A stretch of DNA of 64,000 nucleotides from Tubulanus polymorphus (Eukaryota > Animalia > Nemertea): positions 11,472,088-11,536,087 of the forward strand of contig NC_134031.1 of assembly GCF_964204645.1 (NCBI RefSeq), given 5' to 3'. How positions within the stretch are numbered: position 1 is the first letter of the stretch; each line of letters starts with the position of its first letter. This document shows, in pieces, positions 1 through 13,584 of this stretch. Below the pieces are notes generated by a model. It saw only the letters and a list, made by a program, of their open reading frames with translations. It was not told the DNA's origin and ran no database searches. The position numbers were made by a program, and so were the translations under genes.

Positions 1-129
1 CCAGATAGATTTCATAGATTGTCAAGTGAAGATTTAGAAGAATTATGTTCAGGTGATTTCTATTTCATATATAAGGGTAAGAATGAAAAAGGGCACCATG
101 AAATAGATTTCGAATCAAATATGTAAAAT
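1..129. repeat. Inner part of Mav-1 left TIR (contains 3' end of the 113-aa-family gene)
   Basis: Inverted match to 24303-24431 with about 6 mismatches by eye. Confidence 0.9.
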
Positions 130-1093
130 CAATTTTAATAAAAAATTTAATATTAAAATGAAAGCAAATAAGTACTACTGTTCAACATGTAAAATTGATA
201 TAGATAAATCTCAAAAAGCAAGACACAATAGAACTAAAACACATTTAGAGAATAAATTGAAATTATAATATAAAGATGATGTATTAGAAAATAAATTAGA
301 GGAATTGAAGAATGAAAAAGAAATATATAAATGTGAAACATGTAATCAATCATTCAGTATAAAAAAATATCATAAAGAACATTTAAAATCTAAAAGTTAT
401 ATTAGAAATATGAATAATGATATTTTAGGTGAAGATTATTTTGATAATGATAAAAAATAAAATGAATAAAAAATAAAATAAACAATAAAAGACCATACAT
501 GGAAGATGTAAGAAATTATATTAATTCATTAGATAATAGCAAAGAAATAGAAATAACCGAAGCATTCAAAAGTGATATTGGTCCAGCAGCTATCGAGTTT
601 AGATTTCATAAAGGTAAAACATTAGAAGAAAATAAAAAACATTTTGAAAATATGAAAAGTATTATAAAAATAATTACTGGTGTTGAATACCCTAAGATTA
701 GTTAGTATATCCGCTAAAGTTAAATTTTTAAAATCTGAAGATAAACCAATATATAATATAAATTCTCATTCCCAACATATTATGTCTAAACAGCATATAG
801 ATGATAAATTAAATAAATGTTATAATGAAATAAAAACTAAAATAGAAGAGAAATATTTTGAAGGATCTGGTTTAATATGTGATGAAATAATATTTATGAC
901 TTTACATGTTTATAACACAAAATATAATAAGTTAACTAAATCAAAACCAATTGATGAAAATAATTTTATCATATTATAAAGATGATATATTAATGGATCA
1001 AGTTATATCAAATTACCATTTAAAACTAATGCTGTAATAAATGTACACAATTCTGATGATAAATGTTTTCTATGGTCAATTATAAGTTGCTTA

Positions 1094-1576
1094 AGCCCGG
1101 CGCACACGGGCGACAGTTTCGAGCAATTCTCGAGCAACCGCCCGAATTGCTCGGCGTCGAACGAAAAAATCGCTCGTCTGCGGCAAGGGGCGACAGCGAT
1201 TGCTCGTTGTCGAAAGGAATTGCTCCGTGTCGCCCAATATCAAACATGTTTGATATTGGGCGATGGAAAATTGCTTGTCGCTCGGGAGTTGCCCGTGTGC
1301 GGTAGCTAGAGACACCAAGCGACAAGCGACTCATTAACTAGCCAATGAGAGAGCGAACAATTATCATGTGATTCAACCAAATACGGCTCCAGTCGAGGCT
1401 GTAGCGTGACCATCTTGACAAGTCACATGATACAGATGTTTGCCGGGAAAGATAATCGCTTCTCCGTCTCCAGTGTGGTAGCACACAGGCGACACCAAGC
1501 GATTGATTGCTCAACGGTTGCTTGCAAATCGGTCGGAGCAACAGGCGACTAAAAATTGCCTCGTGTGCGCTAGGCT
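1094..1576. mobile_element. PIF/Harbinger-type MITE inserted in Mav-1 pPolB
   Basis: TIRs AGCCCGGCGCACACGGG / CCTCGTGTGCGCTAGGCT; 3-bp TSD TTA (1091-1093, 1577-1579); removing it restores the pPolB sequence seen in Mav-3/Mav-4. Confidence 0.88.
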
Positions 1577-3329
1577 TTACATCCTGCAACTGATAATATT
1601 TGTAGAGTATCAAATTATAAACCATTTGAAAATAATTATAAGATAGATAATTATCCTGTAAGAATTAAAAATATCCCAAAAATAGAAAGAGATAATAATA
1701 TAAAGATAAATGTGTTTGATTTAGTCAAATTACTTAAAACAAAAGGTAACAATATTAAACATTATACATTAGAACCTCTATACTTAGCAAAAGATTATGA
1801 TTCAAATGATGTCATAGATATATTATATTACGAGAATCATTATATTTGGATTAAAAGAATTGATTTATTTTTTTAATCAGAAAATGATTATACTCGTAAA
1901 GTATATCTATGTAGAAAATGTTTACATAAATTCAGTAATGAAAGTGCATTATTAAATCATAAGCAATTATGCGATAATCATGATTATTGTAAAATAGCTT
2001 AACCAAATGAAAAGGATAAAGTATTTGAATTCAAAAAATAAAATAACAAGAATAAAGTGCCATTTTTAATATATGGAGATTTTGAATCATTAAATAAAGA
2101 ATTAACTGATCAAGATAGAAAAGAAATATATTATAAAAGAAAAAAACTAAACTATGAAAATGATATAATTGATTATTCAGATCCTCTAATAACAAATACA
2201 AATATAGCTGCAAAGCAGCGATAACGGGTTTTCTGAGCAGGCGTGCTATTCATAGTTTGAAAAGTGGTTACGGAAACGACTCGTCAGCTTGATGAGTTGT
2301 ATGTATTATGATTGTGCGCCACCTGCATCTTCCGAAATAATGTTCATATAATTATTTGAAGGGAGGATTTAAATCAATTATCAACGTACATCTGAATATG
2401 TAATAGTCCTTAGTAACTTTCTGTTGCAGAGGGCATAGAAAAGATTTTGAAATTATTTAATTAAAATATAAATGTTATTTACGAAAAATAAACTATTATG
2501 GTCAGTACAAATTGAAAATTCATAGTGTATTTTTAAGAACAAGCTTACATAGCTTACAGAATACATCACGTACATACATTTGAATTTTATAAGTGATGGG
2601 TAAAAATCAACGTGTGACAGAAAAAAATTTAGTTAATTATTTAACAATATCGAAATATGTGCTCTCTTTTTAAACTAATGGAGTGATACGCAATTAATCA
2701 CATGGCCTGTATTAAAAGATAGAACATACAAGTTGGATATTTATAAGTCGAAACATGTGAACAGAAACTAAAACTTTGATGTCAGTGACCAGTATCGAAT
2801 TACACAACGACAATTGGCTTTAAACTCAACAAACATTATTAAAGAATGTTTCAAACAAAATGCTTTATATAACAACATGAATACACTTGTTTTACAAAAC
2901 AAGAAAGTACATTTTGAACTTTTGAATGGTCGAATCCCATTTATTCACAGTAACCTGTGATGTGGCGATCCTCGGAGCCATCATTCTTGATGACGTCACT
3001 AACAAGTGGTCACGGCCGTCGCGTGCACTCATTTCTTTGAAAATCCTCGCGGAGCGGGACCTGGTGACGCTGCGCCCCGCCCCCTTCGCGCTGAGAAATA
3101 TCTTATTCCCAGTCAGCAAAGACAGGTTCTAAAGATCATAGAGTGCATCGCTGGAGGGTTTCCGATCCAATTTGAATTGGTGCGGTGGCGCTGGTGCGAT
3201 TTAAGAATAGGGGACTATAGCGGGTGGTAGCTCCCGTAAATTGTCTATAGATGGTACCTGGCGATACTTAGCAATCCAAAAGGGACTGGTGGATAGATGG
3301 CGGTGCGACATAGCCTAAACATGATGATA

Positions 3330-4075
3330 AAGAGAGAACGTGGCTTTTATGACTGACTACTCTACAGTTCTACACCTCAACAACTGACAAAGATATAGAG
3401 AGAATGTGGCTTTGGTACAGAAAACTCTACAGCTCTACACCTCGACACCTCAACAACTGACAGAGATATAGAGAGAATGTGGTTTTGGTACAGACAACTC
3501 TACACCTCGACACCTCAACAACTGACAGATATATAGAGAGAATGTGGTTTTGGTACAGACAACTCTACACCTCGACACCTCAACAACTGACAGAGATATA
3601 GAGAGAATGTGGCTTTGGTACAGAAAACTCTACAGCTCTACACCTCGACACCTCAACAACTGACAGAGATATAGAGAGAATGTGGTTTTGGTACAGACAA
3701 CTCTACACCTCGACACCTCAACAACTGACAGATATATAGAGAGAATGTGGTTTTGGTACAGACAACTCTACACCTCGACACCTCAACAACTGACAGAGAT
3801 ATAGAGAGAATGTGGTTTTGGTACAGACAACTCTACACCTCTACACCTCGACACCTCAACAACTGACAGAGATATAGAGAGAATGTGGTTCTGGTACAGA
3901 CAACTCTACACCTCGACACCTCGACACCTCAACAACTGACAAAGATATAGAGAGAATGTGGTTTTGGTACAGACAACTCTACAGCTCTACACCTCGACAC
4001 CTCAACAACTGAAAAAAATATATATATATATATAGAACGTGGTACATGTACAGACAACTCTACGACTACACCTCA
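3330..4075. repeat. Minisatellite, ~65-bp unit (73 bp with an 8-bp internal duplication), about 10 copies
   Basis: Unit GATATAGAGAGAATGTGGTTTTGGTACAGACAACTCTACACCTCGACACCTCAACAACTGACAGA repeated. Confidence 0.95.
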
Positions 4076-4103
4076 AAAAATGTTGAACAGATTCAGATAA
4101 AAG

Positions 4104-4605
4104 ATGAGTGAGTGTACTGTGTACAGTGTACTGTGTACTTTGTACTGTGAGTGTGAGAGAGTGAGTGTGTATGGTGAGTGAGAGTGAGAGTGGTAGTGTA
4201 CTGTGAGTGTCAGTGAGTGACAGTGTTTGAGTGAGAGTGAGACTGTGAGTGAGTGACTGTGAGCGTGTACGGTGAGTGAGAGTGTGTACTGTGAGTGTCA
4301 GTGAGTGAAAGTGTTTGAGTGAGACTGTGAGTGAGTGACTGTGTGCGTGTACGGTGAGTGAGAGTGTGTACTGTGAGTGTCAGTGAGTGAAAGTGTTTGA
4401 GTGAGAGTGTAATGTGAGAGTCAGTGACTGTAAGCGTGTACGGTACTGTGAGAGCTACGAGCAATTATCTAAACTAGATAATTGCTCGTAGGTGAGAGTG
4501 AGTGTGTAGTTTGAGTACGAGTGAGAATGAGAGTGTCTAATAATTTAGTGTGAGTGTAAGCGTGTACTGTGAGTAAGAGTGAGTGTACGGTACTGGGACT
4601 GTGTG
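4104..4605. repeat. Low-complexity (GTGA/GTACT)-rich simple repeat
   Basis: Direct reading. Confidence 0.9.
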
Positions 4606-5847
4606 TTAAGATCGTCGGTTTGATTGCTTATTTAATTTGATGCATTAAATTTGAGGATTGTATTAATTTTGTTTTATGTACCGTACGTAAATAAAATTAG
4701 TTGTTATGAATAAGTAATTGATGAGTTGTTTGTGGTTGTTTCATGAAAATTGGGGGGGGGGGGAATATCTACACCAAGTCCTTGTTCTTTGGCATGTGAA
4801 TTGTGAATATGGAGGTGTCCCCTTATTTTGTTGTCTCTTCATTTTTGTGTGGTGTCTGTTTTTATCACCGTAATGTTGTTTTCCATTTATCCAAAGAACG
4901 GGTGTTAAATTACTGGTTGATATTGTATCATTGGCGGCTTTTCCGTTGCGCCCGCTGGACACCCCGCTTCAGATGATAGTAGTCGGACGGTTTTTGGTGG
5001 TAATTAGTGTGACATCATGGCGGGCCGTGTTCGTTTATTTGTGATTATATTGACGGATTAGTTTGGGTTGTTGTGGTTTCTAAGTAGTCTATTACTTTGA
5101 CCAAAAAACGTCGGCTGTTGTAGTAATTAATGCAAATTACAGTGGAGGTAATTATTTAGATGGCGGGTTGATATAAATTGTATTAACAACCTAGTCCCCT
5201 ATTCTTGAATCTTACCCATGACTATAGTACACTATCCGATGGAATAATAAGCTCCACTCGACAAACTCGTTCCCGTGCATTTTTTGACGCCTTATAAAAC
5301 GTTACCATTATGAAACCTAAACAATGTTAACCATTCAGCGTCATTTTACAAACGACAACCGTAAATCGATGTGCAAAACGTCACAGGTTTATGTGTACAC
5401 ATACAAGCTATTTGGCAAAATATTATTGATAAAGATGTAGAATGGCTCCCTGTGATTATATAATGACCTCTATTTGAACGTCGAAATGTTATATTGCATT
5501 GAATATCATGATAAGAGGTATTGTAATATTAAAGGATGTATGATTATATCAGGAGCGGCAGGCATAAATAGAAATGATAAGTAAATCGGATTATTCGGTT
5601 AAATGGCGGATGTATACACGATTTGGAAGTCTGATATAAAAGTCAGACCCTGACATGGGGATGCTAGTGGAATGACGAAGCTATCTACGATCTGAGTAGG
5701 GCCGGCGTGAATTTCATCGGCGGCTACAAGCGGTCTATATAAAAACATGTAAACAAATAATTTCAATATTCAAATGTTTTAGAAAATATGTTCGATATTA
5801 GGGGTATGCAGGTTTCATGAGATTAGCAATCTATAATAGCATAGCTG

Positions 5848-6040
5848 TTCAAGTTCAAGTTCAAGTTCAAATTTATTTCACAGAAAGCATGACAGGCTAT
5901 GTACACAGGTTGAGAGAAAACAAACAATAAAATTTACAATTTTTTTAAACAAAGCACAATTATAAAAAGAGAGAGAGAGAGCAGTAGCTTTCAGTGTGGG
6001 CCAAGCAAAGCCTTTAGGCCGCTGTCGCAAGCACCCAGGG
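5848..6040 (-). mobile_element. Probable 3' tail fragment of a LINE/SINE (CR1/L2-like)
   Basis: Minus strand ends in AATAAA followed by (TTGAAC)n; inner boundary uncertain. Confidence 0.4.
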
Positions 6041-9000
6041 AAAAAAAACGAAAGGGAAATGAAGGCTCCGCGTCCACTGATGGCATAATACTTTATTGAT
6101 CCTTATTACATTGAAATTCCGGGATGAAATTCCCTAATTCAAGAAAGTTACAAATTTTAGAATAAGAAAATACAAAATACAAGACACATGGGTTATTCAT
6201 ACAGAATAACATGAATAAGTTATTTAAATGACGATGTCTACTTCAACCCAGACTCAAGTCTAGGATATCGAGTGACAGCCAAACCGGGCCCTGGGACCGG
6301 GCCGGCTGGCTACTCGAAGTCATGATGAAGCAGACATCAGAAGAGCTCTTTCTTCAACCATGGAGGCAATGAAGTTGCAGACCAGCTTAGAGCAAAAGTG
6401 AATCGAAGTCGGTCACAAGTTGACTATTTTTTTTTAAATTAGACCAGTCGAAGACTGTATCATCTACCCAATCGCCAAATCTCATAATTCCCCAAATTTC
6501 TTAAAACTTTGCAATTCCACATTAGCAATTCCCAGAAATTCTACATTTTTTCGCAGGCGTCAAATAATTTATTAAAGTTAATTTTCTTGTTATCTCTCTG
6601 TTTCACACACACAGCCCCTCTACCATCAATGCCTAACCCCTGTTCGACCAACTGTGGGCGTTTTCCTTTGAAACATAAGCCTAATTGTAAAAGATAAGCA
6701 TTAATCTATGTTAATGCTGCATCTTTATCATGAAACCTAAGAAAGATTATTCTATTATTTAGGAATCACGCTTTGACGAAGAAATTGGTTCTAGGCTATA
6801 AATTTTACGACTCAAACGAATCTTTTCCTCAACAAAGCCGCTTTTAGTTTGATGCAAAATGAAATTTGCTTTTAAAATGTGTAACTAGGCCTAATCAAAA
6901 GGATATTTCAAAAGCAAACTTTGTCGGGCCAAGAGCCATATTGAATTCAATTTTTTCCGAACCATTATGCCTCTTTCATCATAACATTATTTATCCTATT
7001 TCAAGATCTTAGGCCTACAAGTAGAGAGAGGGCCTACGTTGGGTTCAAATCGGAATTTTAAGATTTATTTCATTTAATTCCAGGTTTTCACTGTAGATTA
7101 TCAAAGACATGTGGCGTTGTGGGAGTTCATAGTTGTTTGATGATCCATCATTTGTAAGTGTAAGGCTATTTGAGGGATTCGAAACCGACATTTTGTAAAT
7201 TTTGTAGCTTTATTACGTTTAATTCCAGATGTTTATCATGACACGTTTCATTTTGGGGGTTTGTCAGCGAGTTGGTATGCTGTCGACAGAAGTAGTTTGA
7301 TAATTCGTTTCATGTAAGTAAACAGCTATTTGAAGGATTCGAAACCGAAATCTGTATTGTGAATTTTTTAGTTGTATTTTGTTTGATTCTAGGTGAATAG
7401 GACATGATTCATTTTGGGAGTTTGTCCCCGAGTTTGTATACTGTCAAATGAAGTTTCTTCGTCAATTTGTCGTATGTAAGTATCAATCTATAGGTTATAT
7501 AGGCCCTATTAGGGGTTCGATACAGAAATTTGGTATATTCCTCAGATTTATTTTAATTTATTCCAGGTTGTTATCAGAAAAATATGTACTTTATTTCATA
7601 GGTTGGTCTTTGATTGAAAACTAAAAATGGATGATAGTTCTAAATTTGATGTTGATTCACATGATTAATCTAGTAAGTATGGCTCACTCGTCTTTTAGAA
7701 TAAGAGACCTATTGCATTAATCCTTCAATTCAAGTTGCTATACAACCTTTTATACAGATATTTACCTTATCGATATAAACATGTATTTGCCATTAGCCAT
7801 ACAATTCAGTAAAACTTTTCCCGTCCAGATTTTGAAACATCATTTGACTCAATTTTTCCTCCTAGAAAATTGCTTTAGCTCATTCCAATGTTCGCAGTAC
7901 AAGTGAATGTAGCATGTATGATTCCCATCCATCAATTTTGTCTTGTTTCGTATTCTTAGCGAAAATCTCGAAAAAGTCTGACGTCGAGGCAGGTGGTGGC
8001 CAGACAAAGACATATTCTTGGGAAATATTTAAAGACGCATGGCAAACACACTTATTGTTCAATTTTTTCCTATCCTTATTTTGAAATTGAAGTATTGTAA
8101 TAAACTATTGATTTATTTTTGTTGATCAACGCAACTAGTTTTGTTGTTTTCTTTCTTAATTTACATTTGAATTGGATGGTCATCTTGCGTAGAAGTCAGT
8201 TTGTCATCGAAGCAATACAGTCTAACTTGTTGACGTCTCCGATGCAGCGGGGCAGGGCGGTCATTATATTGTGGACTTGTCCAAATTACACTTACACTGC
8301 CCAACGTGTTTCAGTGTGTAAACTCCGTCGTACTCGGCATTATAAGACAGTGAGGAATTGAGTTTTAGTCACATGAGCCCTCGGCTTGATTCGACCAAAA
8401 AGACCTTAACTGACTTCACACAATTTGATTATGAGTCAAGGATTTTCTAAATTTCTGAATGCTTTCTCTGGTTTTAAGATCAATTCATATTCAATCTTCA
8501 AAATATTTTATTGAAAGAAATTCTACTGAAGACAGATTTTGAAATGAAGGATATATCCAGGCAAATAATTATAGCAAAATCAACTGATGATCATCAAGGT
8601 GAAGTTTTCATTCATCTTCGGCTAATTTGTCTACCCCTGATGATTGAAGCATTTTGGTTACTCGCGCCAATTAGTCAGCCACAGTCGATTTTCATGCCAT
8701 CTGACCTCTTTCCATCTGTAATTAAGCAATCAAATGTAAGAATTACTTAGGTAAGGAGCGAAATAATATATAGATATCTTAGGAGACTATTTGAAATCAT
8801 GAGTTTGTTGTGAAAATCTATTACTACAGTCTCGTAGAGCATAGACACCAAGCCACGTGGCATTGGTATTTTAAGGGCTATTCAGTTTACTCCAAAACAA
8901 GTCAATGATTAACATTAAAAAAGCTTCATATCAAGGGTATGTCGACTCGTGACGCCCATGAATTATCATCCCATAATTACAATGAAGCCAATTCTGCATG

Positions 9001-9839
9001 TACGTTAGCACAACTGATTACTAATCCAAATATTGCATTAAAAAAAAAAAATTACGCAAAACGTCAAGTAATTACAGCATCTGAGACAGTTGCGCTTAAG
9101 TCAGCGTGTTAAGCTACGTCTTTGGCTGTCAATGTCGAAAAAGCCTAATTTGAAACATACATTTGCGCACTGTGGTTTAATATTCCTGCAAGAATCCGCA
9201 AAGGAATTGAAGACCGTAGTGACTAGTTCATTCCACGAATAATAGCTGGAAAGAAAGTAATCAAAATAAATTGTCATGCACATTCAGTGTAAACCAGGCC
9301 ATAACTAGCTGCTATTAAGGCATTCCACTGACTGGCTCTACCCATTATATTTAGGGCCTAAATCTATTCTTGGCGCATCCCCCAAAAAAAGCTAGGCATT
9401 AAGTAAGTAGCCAACAATGATCATTGCTTCACCGAGTAGGCCTACTCATTTGCTACCATACACATATTATTAAAGAAATCATTTAATACATTCCCTGGTT
9501 AACGGATTCTCACCTTAAAATACATAAACTCCGCTGTCGTTGTCATCGATCCGAGTCGTCAACTGAACGCGGAAGTAAAATTCCGTGCGAAAATTCCTAC
9601 AATTTCTGTCCATATCACGTTGATTTGACCCCGAAATCTTCAGGAAATGTAGCCAACGTAAATTGATTTACGAATAGAATTAATCAATTGACTCATTTTA
9701 GAAATCATGGTTTCGTGAAATTCATTAAAGTCCTAAAACTCGCGATAAATTTAAGCCGAAAATTATTTCAACCATCCACCATGTTGTTTCATTAATAAAA
9801 CAATTATTGCGCGCCGGCGCTGTACTGTGATAATGCATG

Positions 9840-9910
9840 GTTTCACTAGGATTCGAACCCTCGACCTCTCATTTGGGAGTCAAACACCTTATCCACCATG
9901 CCACAGGACA
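9840..9910 (-). pseudogene. tRNA-derived sequence (SINE head or tRNA pseudogene)
   Basis: Minus strand has A-box TGGCATGGTGG, anticodon-like loop CTCCCAA and B-box GGTTCGAATCC, but the acceptor stem does not pair. Confidence 0.6.
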
Positions 9911-12489
9911 GGACGCCGTTTTAATCGTTAGTGGGAGTACCGGACAGGGCGAGTCGCGATTGCTACTATCACCCGGTGTTATCTTTCAGTAAGTAATTTT
10001 AAGTTTAAAATAGGACGGAGAGTTCATAGGTATAATCTACGCGGAGCGAATGCGTGTTATATTACTATCAGAATTCTACATTTCAATTAGAAGCAGTTAG
10101 TTGTCGAATCTGATAGAAGATGAATTTTATGTGCGAAAAAAAAGTGGAAAATATGTAAATAATAATAATAACAATCAATAGAATAACAAAAGGGTTTTCG
10201 ACGAAAGTCAGAAAACCCTAATTAAAAAGATTCATCAAAGTGCTGCAGCTTTCGGGTTATATATAAAATCTGATTATCCAGAACCAATCAAAAGTGAATA
10301 TTATAATTATAGAAATGAAAATGTCATCAATCATTTTTGTGACTTATTAATTGAGTATGAAATCAAATTTATTAAACTATTAGATACAAATATAGAAATT
10401 ATAATGACAGGAGAAGATAAAGAAGAATTTGAGTTTGCTGATAAATGTATTGTGAAAAGATATTTAATTACAAAAAAAGTTAGAGACCATGATCATTTGA
10501 ATAGAAAGTTTAGAGGTGCAGCGCATGAGAATTGTAACTTACAAGCAAAGAAAATTAACTTTGTTCCAGTAATATTTCATAATTTATCAGGGTATGATGC
10601 TCATTTATTCATCAAGCAGCTATGACATAAAATAGAAGAAATCAATAATGAAATAGAAAGAGTAAATTCATATAGATCAAAAGATAAAATACCAACTTAT
10701 AAATTTAAAATGTTAGCTAAAACATCTGAGAATTATATATCTTTCCAATTTGGATGCCTAAGATTTATAGATTCATATAGATTTTTAAGTAGTTCATTAG
10801 ATAATTTATCAAAATCATTAGTTGGTAATGAATTAAGAATATTAAAACAACCCTATCCAAATAATGATGATTATCAATTAATGAGATATAAAGGAGCAAT
10901 TCCATATTCATTTTATAAATCACCTAATGATTTCAATATAACTGAATTATTAAAAGAACAATTCTATGATGAATTAAAAAATGAATATGTTAAAGATGAC
11001 GTATATAATAGAACATTGAATATTCGGAATGATTTTGGAATGAAAAATCATGGACAATTAGTAGATTTATATTTAAAATCAGATGTATTATTATTAACTG
11101 ATATATTTGAAAGGTTTAGAGATGTGAATCTAAAATATTTTAATATTGATCCATGTCATTGTTATTCTAGTCCAGGATTAACTTGGGACTGTGGATTAAA
11201 ATTTACAGATATAAAAATGGATTTGTTAACAAATATAGATCAATTATTATTATTTGAAAAATCTATAAGAGGAGGAGTTTCAGGTGTATTAGGTGATAGA
11301 TATTTCAATGTAAATGATAATCCTGGATATAAGTTATTATATATAGATGCAAATAATCTGTATGGTTGGGCAATGATGGAACCACAGCCTTATGGAGTAT
11401 TTGAAATAACTGAAGTTTTACAACATGAAAATAATGATAAATTTGATTGGAAGAAAAGAATTCTAGATATTGCAGATGATTCAGATACTGGTTACTTCTT
11501 TGTCGTAGATTTAGAATATCCTGAAGATAAAAAATTTAAATCCAGAAATCTAGCATACATAAAACTGTTACACATGAATTATCAAAAAAGAATTAAACCC
11601 GATAATCATATTCATACAGAAAAGTTAATGGTAACTCAGGAAGATAAATATAATTATGTAGTGCATTATCGGATGTTGAAGTTTTATTTGAATCAAGGAA
11701 TGATTCTAAAAAAAGTACAGAGATATATTTCATTCAGTCAATCTAAATGGTTAGAAAAATATATAGATTTTAACACCAAACAGAGAACTAAAGCTAAAAC
11801 TGATTTTGAGAAAGATTTCTTCAAACTAATGAATAATGCATTTTATGGTAAGACTTGTGAAAATATTGGAAATAGAAATGATATTGAGTTAGTTAGTAAT
11901 GGTAAAAGAATTAGACATTTACAAACATATCCTAAGTTCATAGGTAACAGAATATTTGATAAAAATTTAGCTGCAGTTAAAATGAGGAGAACGTCAATGA
12001 AATTTAATAAACCAATTTATGTTGGTGCTTCAGTTTTAGAAATATCAAAACTATTAATGTATGAATTCTATTATAACGTATTACAACCTCATTTTGGAGA
12101 AAAGCATATAGAAATCTTATATTTTGATACAGATTCTTACATTTTAAAGATTAAAACTAATAACATAACAGATGATTTAAAAACATTAAAACATCATTTC
12201 GACTATAGTAATTATCCAAAAGATAATGAATTGTTTAACAATGATAATAAAAAGGTGCCCGGTAAATTCAAAGATGATTTAGGAGGTGAAGAAATGATAG
12301 AGTTCATTGGAATTCGATCTAAAATGTATTCATATAAAACCAAAACTCATGAAGCTTAAAAGTTAAAAGGAATTACCAAAAGCGTTGTTGAAAATAATAT
12401 TCATTTCAAAGATTACATCAATTGTATATTCAATGAAGAAGTTAGAAAACATAAGATGAAATTTTTAAGATCTGAGTACCACGTTTTAT

Positions 12490-13205
12490 ATGCAATTGTA
12501 TTAGGTTAGCTGTAGGTTGTTTACAAAAAACATCTGCGGCAGTTATATTCAGTTGAATGGGGAGTACCTCATTTGAATATTGATCGAACGTGCTCTTTCA
12601 GTTGAAAAGAATTAATTAACTGCATAAAAGAACATCTGTTGCTTGTTGCCTTAGCGCAGAGAGTTCCTGGGTGTATTACTATTGCGACATCCGAACTGAA
12701 CAGACGGAATATACAGAACGCATAGGATTTCTCTCTAGAAACACAATTTTAGGAGTTTACAGTTATAAATGTAAGTACCGTTTTTGTTGTTATTAAGGCG
12801 TCGGGAAACGTTAAACATGTTTAAGTGCAGTAATTCATATTTGACAACTACAACTTCAAGTTAGTTTTATTCGACGCTAGATATTTATTTTTTAGATAAC
12901 AAAATGCTTCGCGTAACAAGAAGACAATTGCTATTTGAGTCATGAAAGTGAATATGGAAGGATGTGAAATCAGAAATTACGGATATTTCAACTCATGAGG
13001 CTGTAACTGTTTTGCCATGCTGTATAGACTTTCAATGCATTACGTTTGCTGGAATTTCAATTGCGTCATTCAGTCGTTGTTAATGCTTACAGTGACAGAT
13101 GTTCTATTATACATTATTGATTCCTGCATTCCACGCATACCTTACCGGGCCTCAGAGGCCCGGCTTGGAATGTGGAAATCGATACTGACTGTAAAATAAA
13201 ATACA
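12490..13205 (+). promoter_or_regulatory. Mav-1 spliced-cassette region: conserved leader, 5'-UTR intron 12771-12895, degenerate cargo from ATG 12904, AATAAA ~13195
   Basis: Leader and intron are homologous to reverse complement of Mav-3 56985-57355; GTAAGT donor and TTTTAG acceptor are conserved. Confidence 0.6.
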
Positions 13206-13584
13206 TATGTTTATTAAATAATTATTCCACCAGTCGTTTCTTTGAATTGATTTTCAGTTTGAGGATTTATTATCGAGGATCCGAAATGACTTATCTGGAC
13301 AGTTATTGTTACCGCTCCTATAGATAGACAATAGTAGTGAGATATTGAATCATAATTTAAATAAAAAGTATTTAAAAAACAACAACTAGCTAGTGAATTC
13401 TATTATATTTTTAATATTTTCTTTTGCAATTCTAGTTAACACTAGATTGAATAGATTTTGAATAGATTCAAATAAAAAAAAAATAACTTCAAATAGCTAG
13501 TATTACTTATCAAACACTAGTATCACACAAAGTATAATTCTAGTATCATTTAATAATATTTTTTTCGCCTTTTTTCTAAAATAA

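Larger units (their letters stand above)
3193..5217. mobile_element. Possible nested TIR element enclosing the tandem repeats
   Basis: GATTTAAGAATAGGGGACTATAG (~3198-3220) is an imperfect inverted match to CTAGTCCCCTATTCTTGAATC (~5191-5211); no clear TSD. Confidence 0.35.
2201..10220 (-). mobile_element. Non-autonomous Helentron (Helitron2/DINE-1-like) element, ~8 kb, inserted in Mav-1 pPolB
   Basis: Sub-terminal inverted repeats GGGTTTTCTGA (2226-2236) / TCAGAAAACCC (10208-10218); extra IR at 10191-10202; terminal stem-loop GCTGCAAAGCAGC (2207-2219); short (AAT)n near the 5' end; insertion between A residues (TT on minus) with no TSD; pPolB resumes at 10221. Confidence 0.75.
158..12480 (+). 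pseudogene. pPolB: Mav-1 protein-primed DNA polymerase B, broken by stops, frameshifts and insertions at 1094-1576 and 2201-10220
   Basis: Fragments 499-705, 680-979, 10404-10625 (RDHDH..FRGAAHENCN, FHNLSGYD) and 10710-12359 (YIDANNLYG, KLMNNAFYGK, YFDTDS) are colinear with Mav-3 pPolB. Confidence 0.95.

Noticed and set aside
3330-4075. CRISPR-like array
   Set aside because: No unique spacers, eukaryotic context and no cas genes; it is a minisatellite.
4741-9283. Short ORFs inside the Helentron cargo
   Set aside because: 60-80 aa, mostly non-ATG starts, no recognisable domains.
9840-9910. Functional tRNA-Gly(CCC)
   Set aside because: Acceptor stem does not pair; kept only as tRNA-derived sequence.
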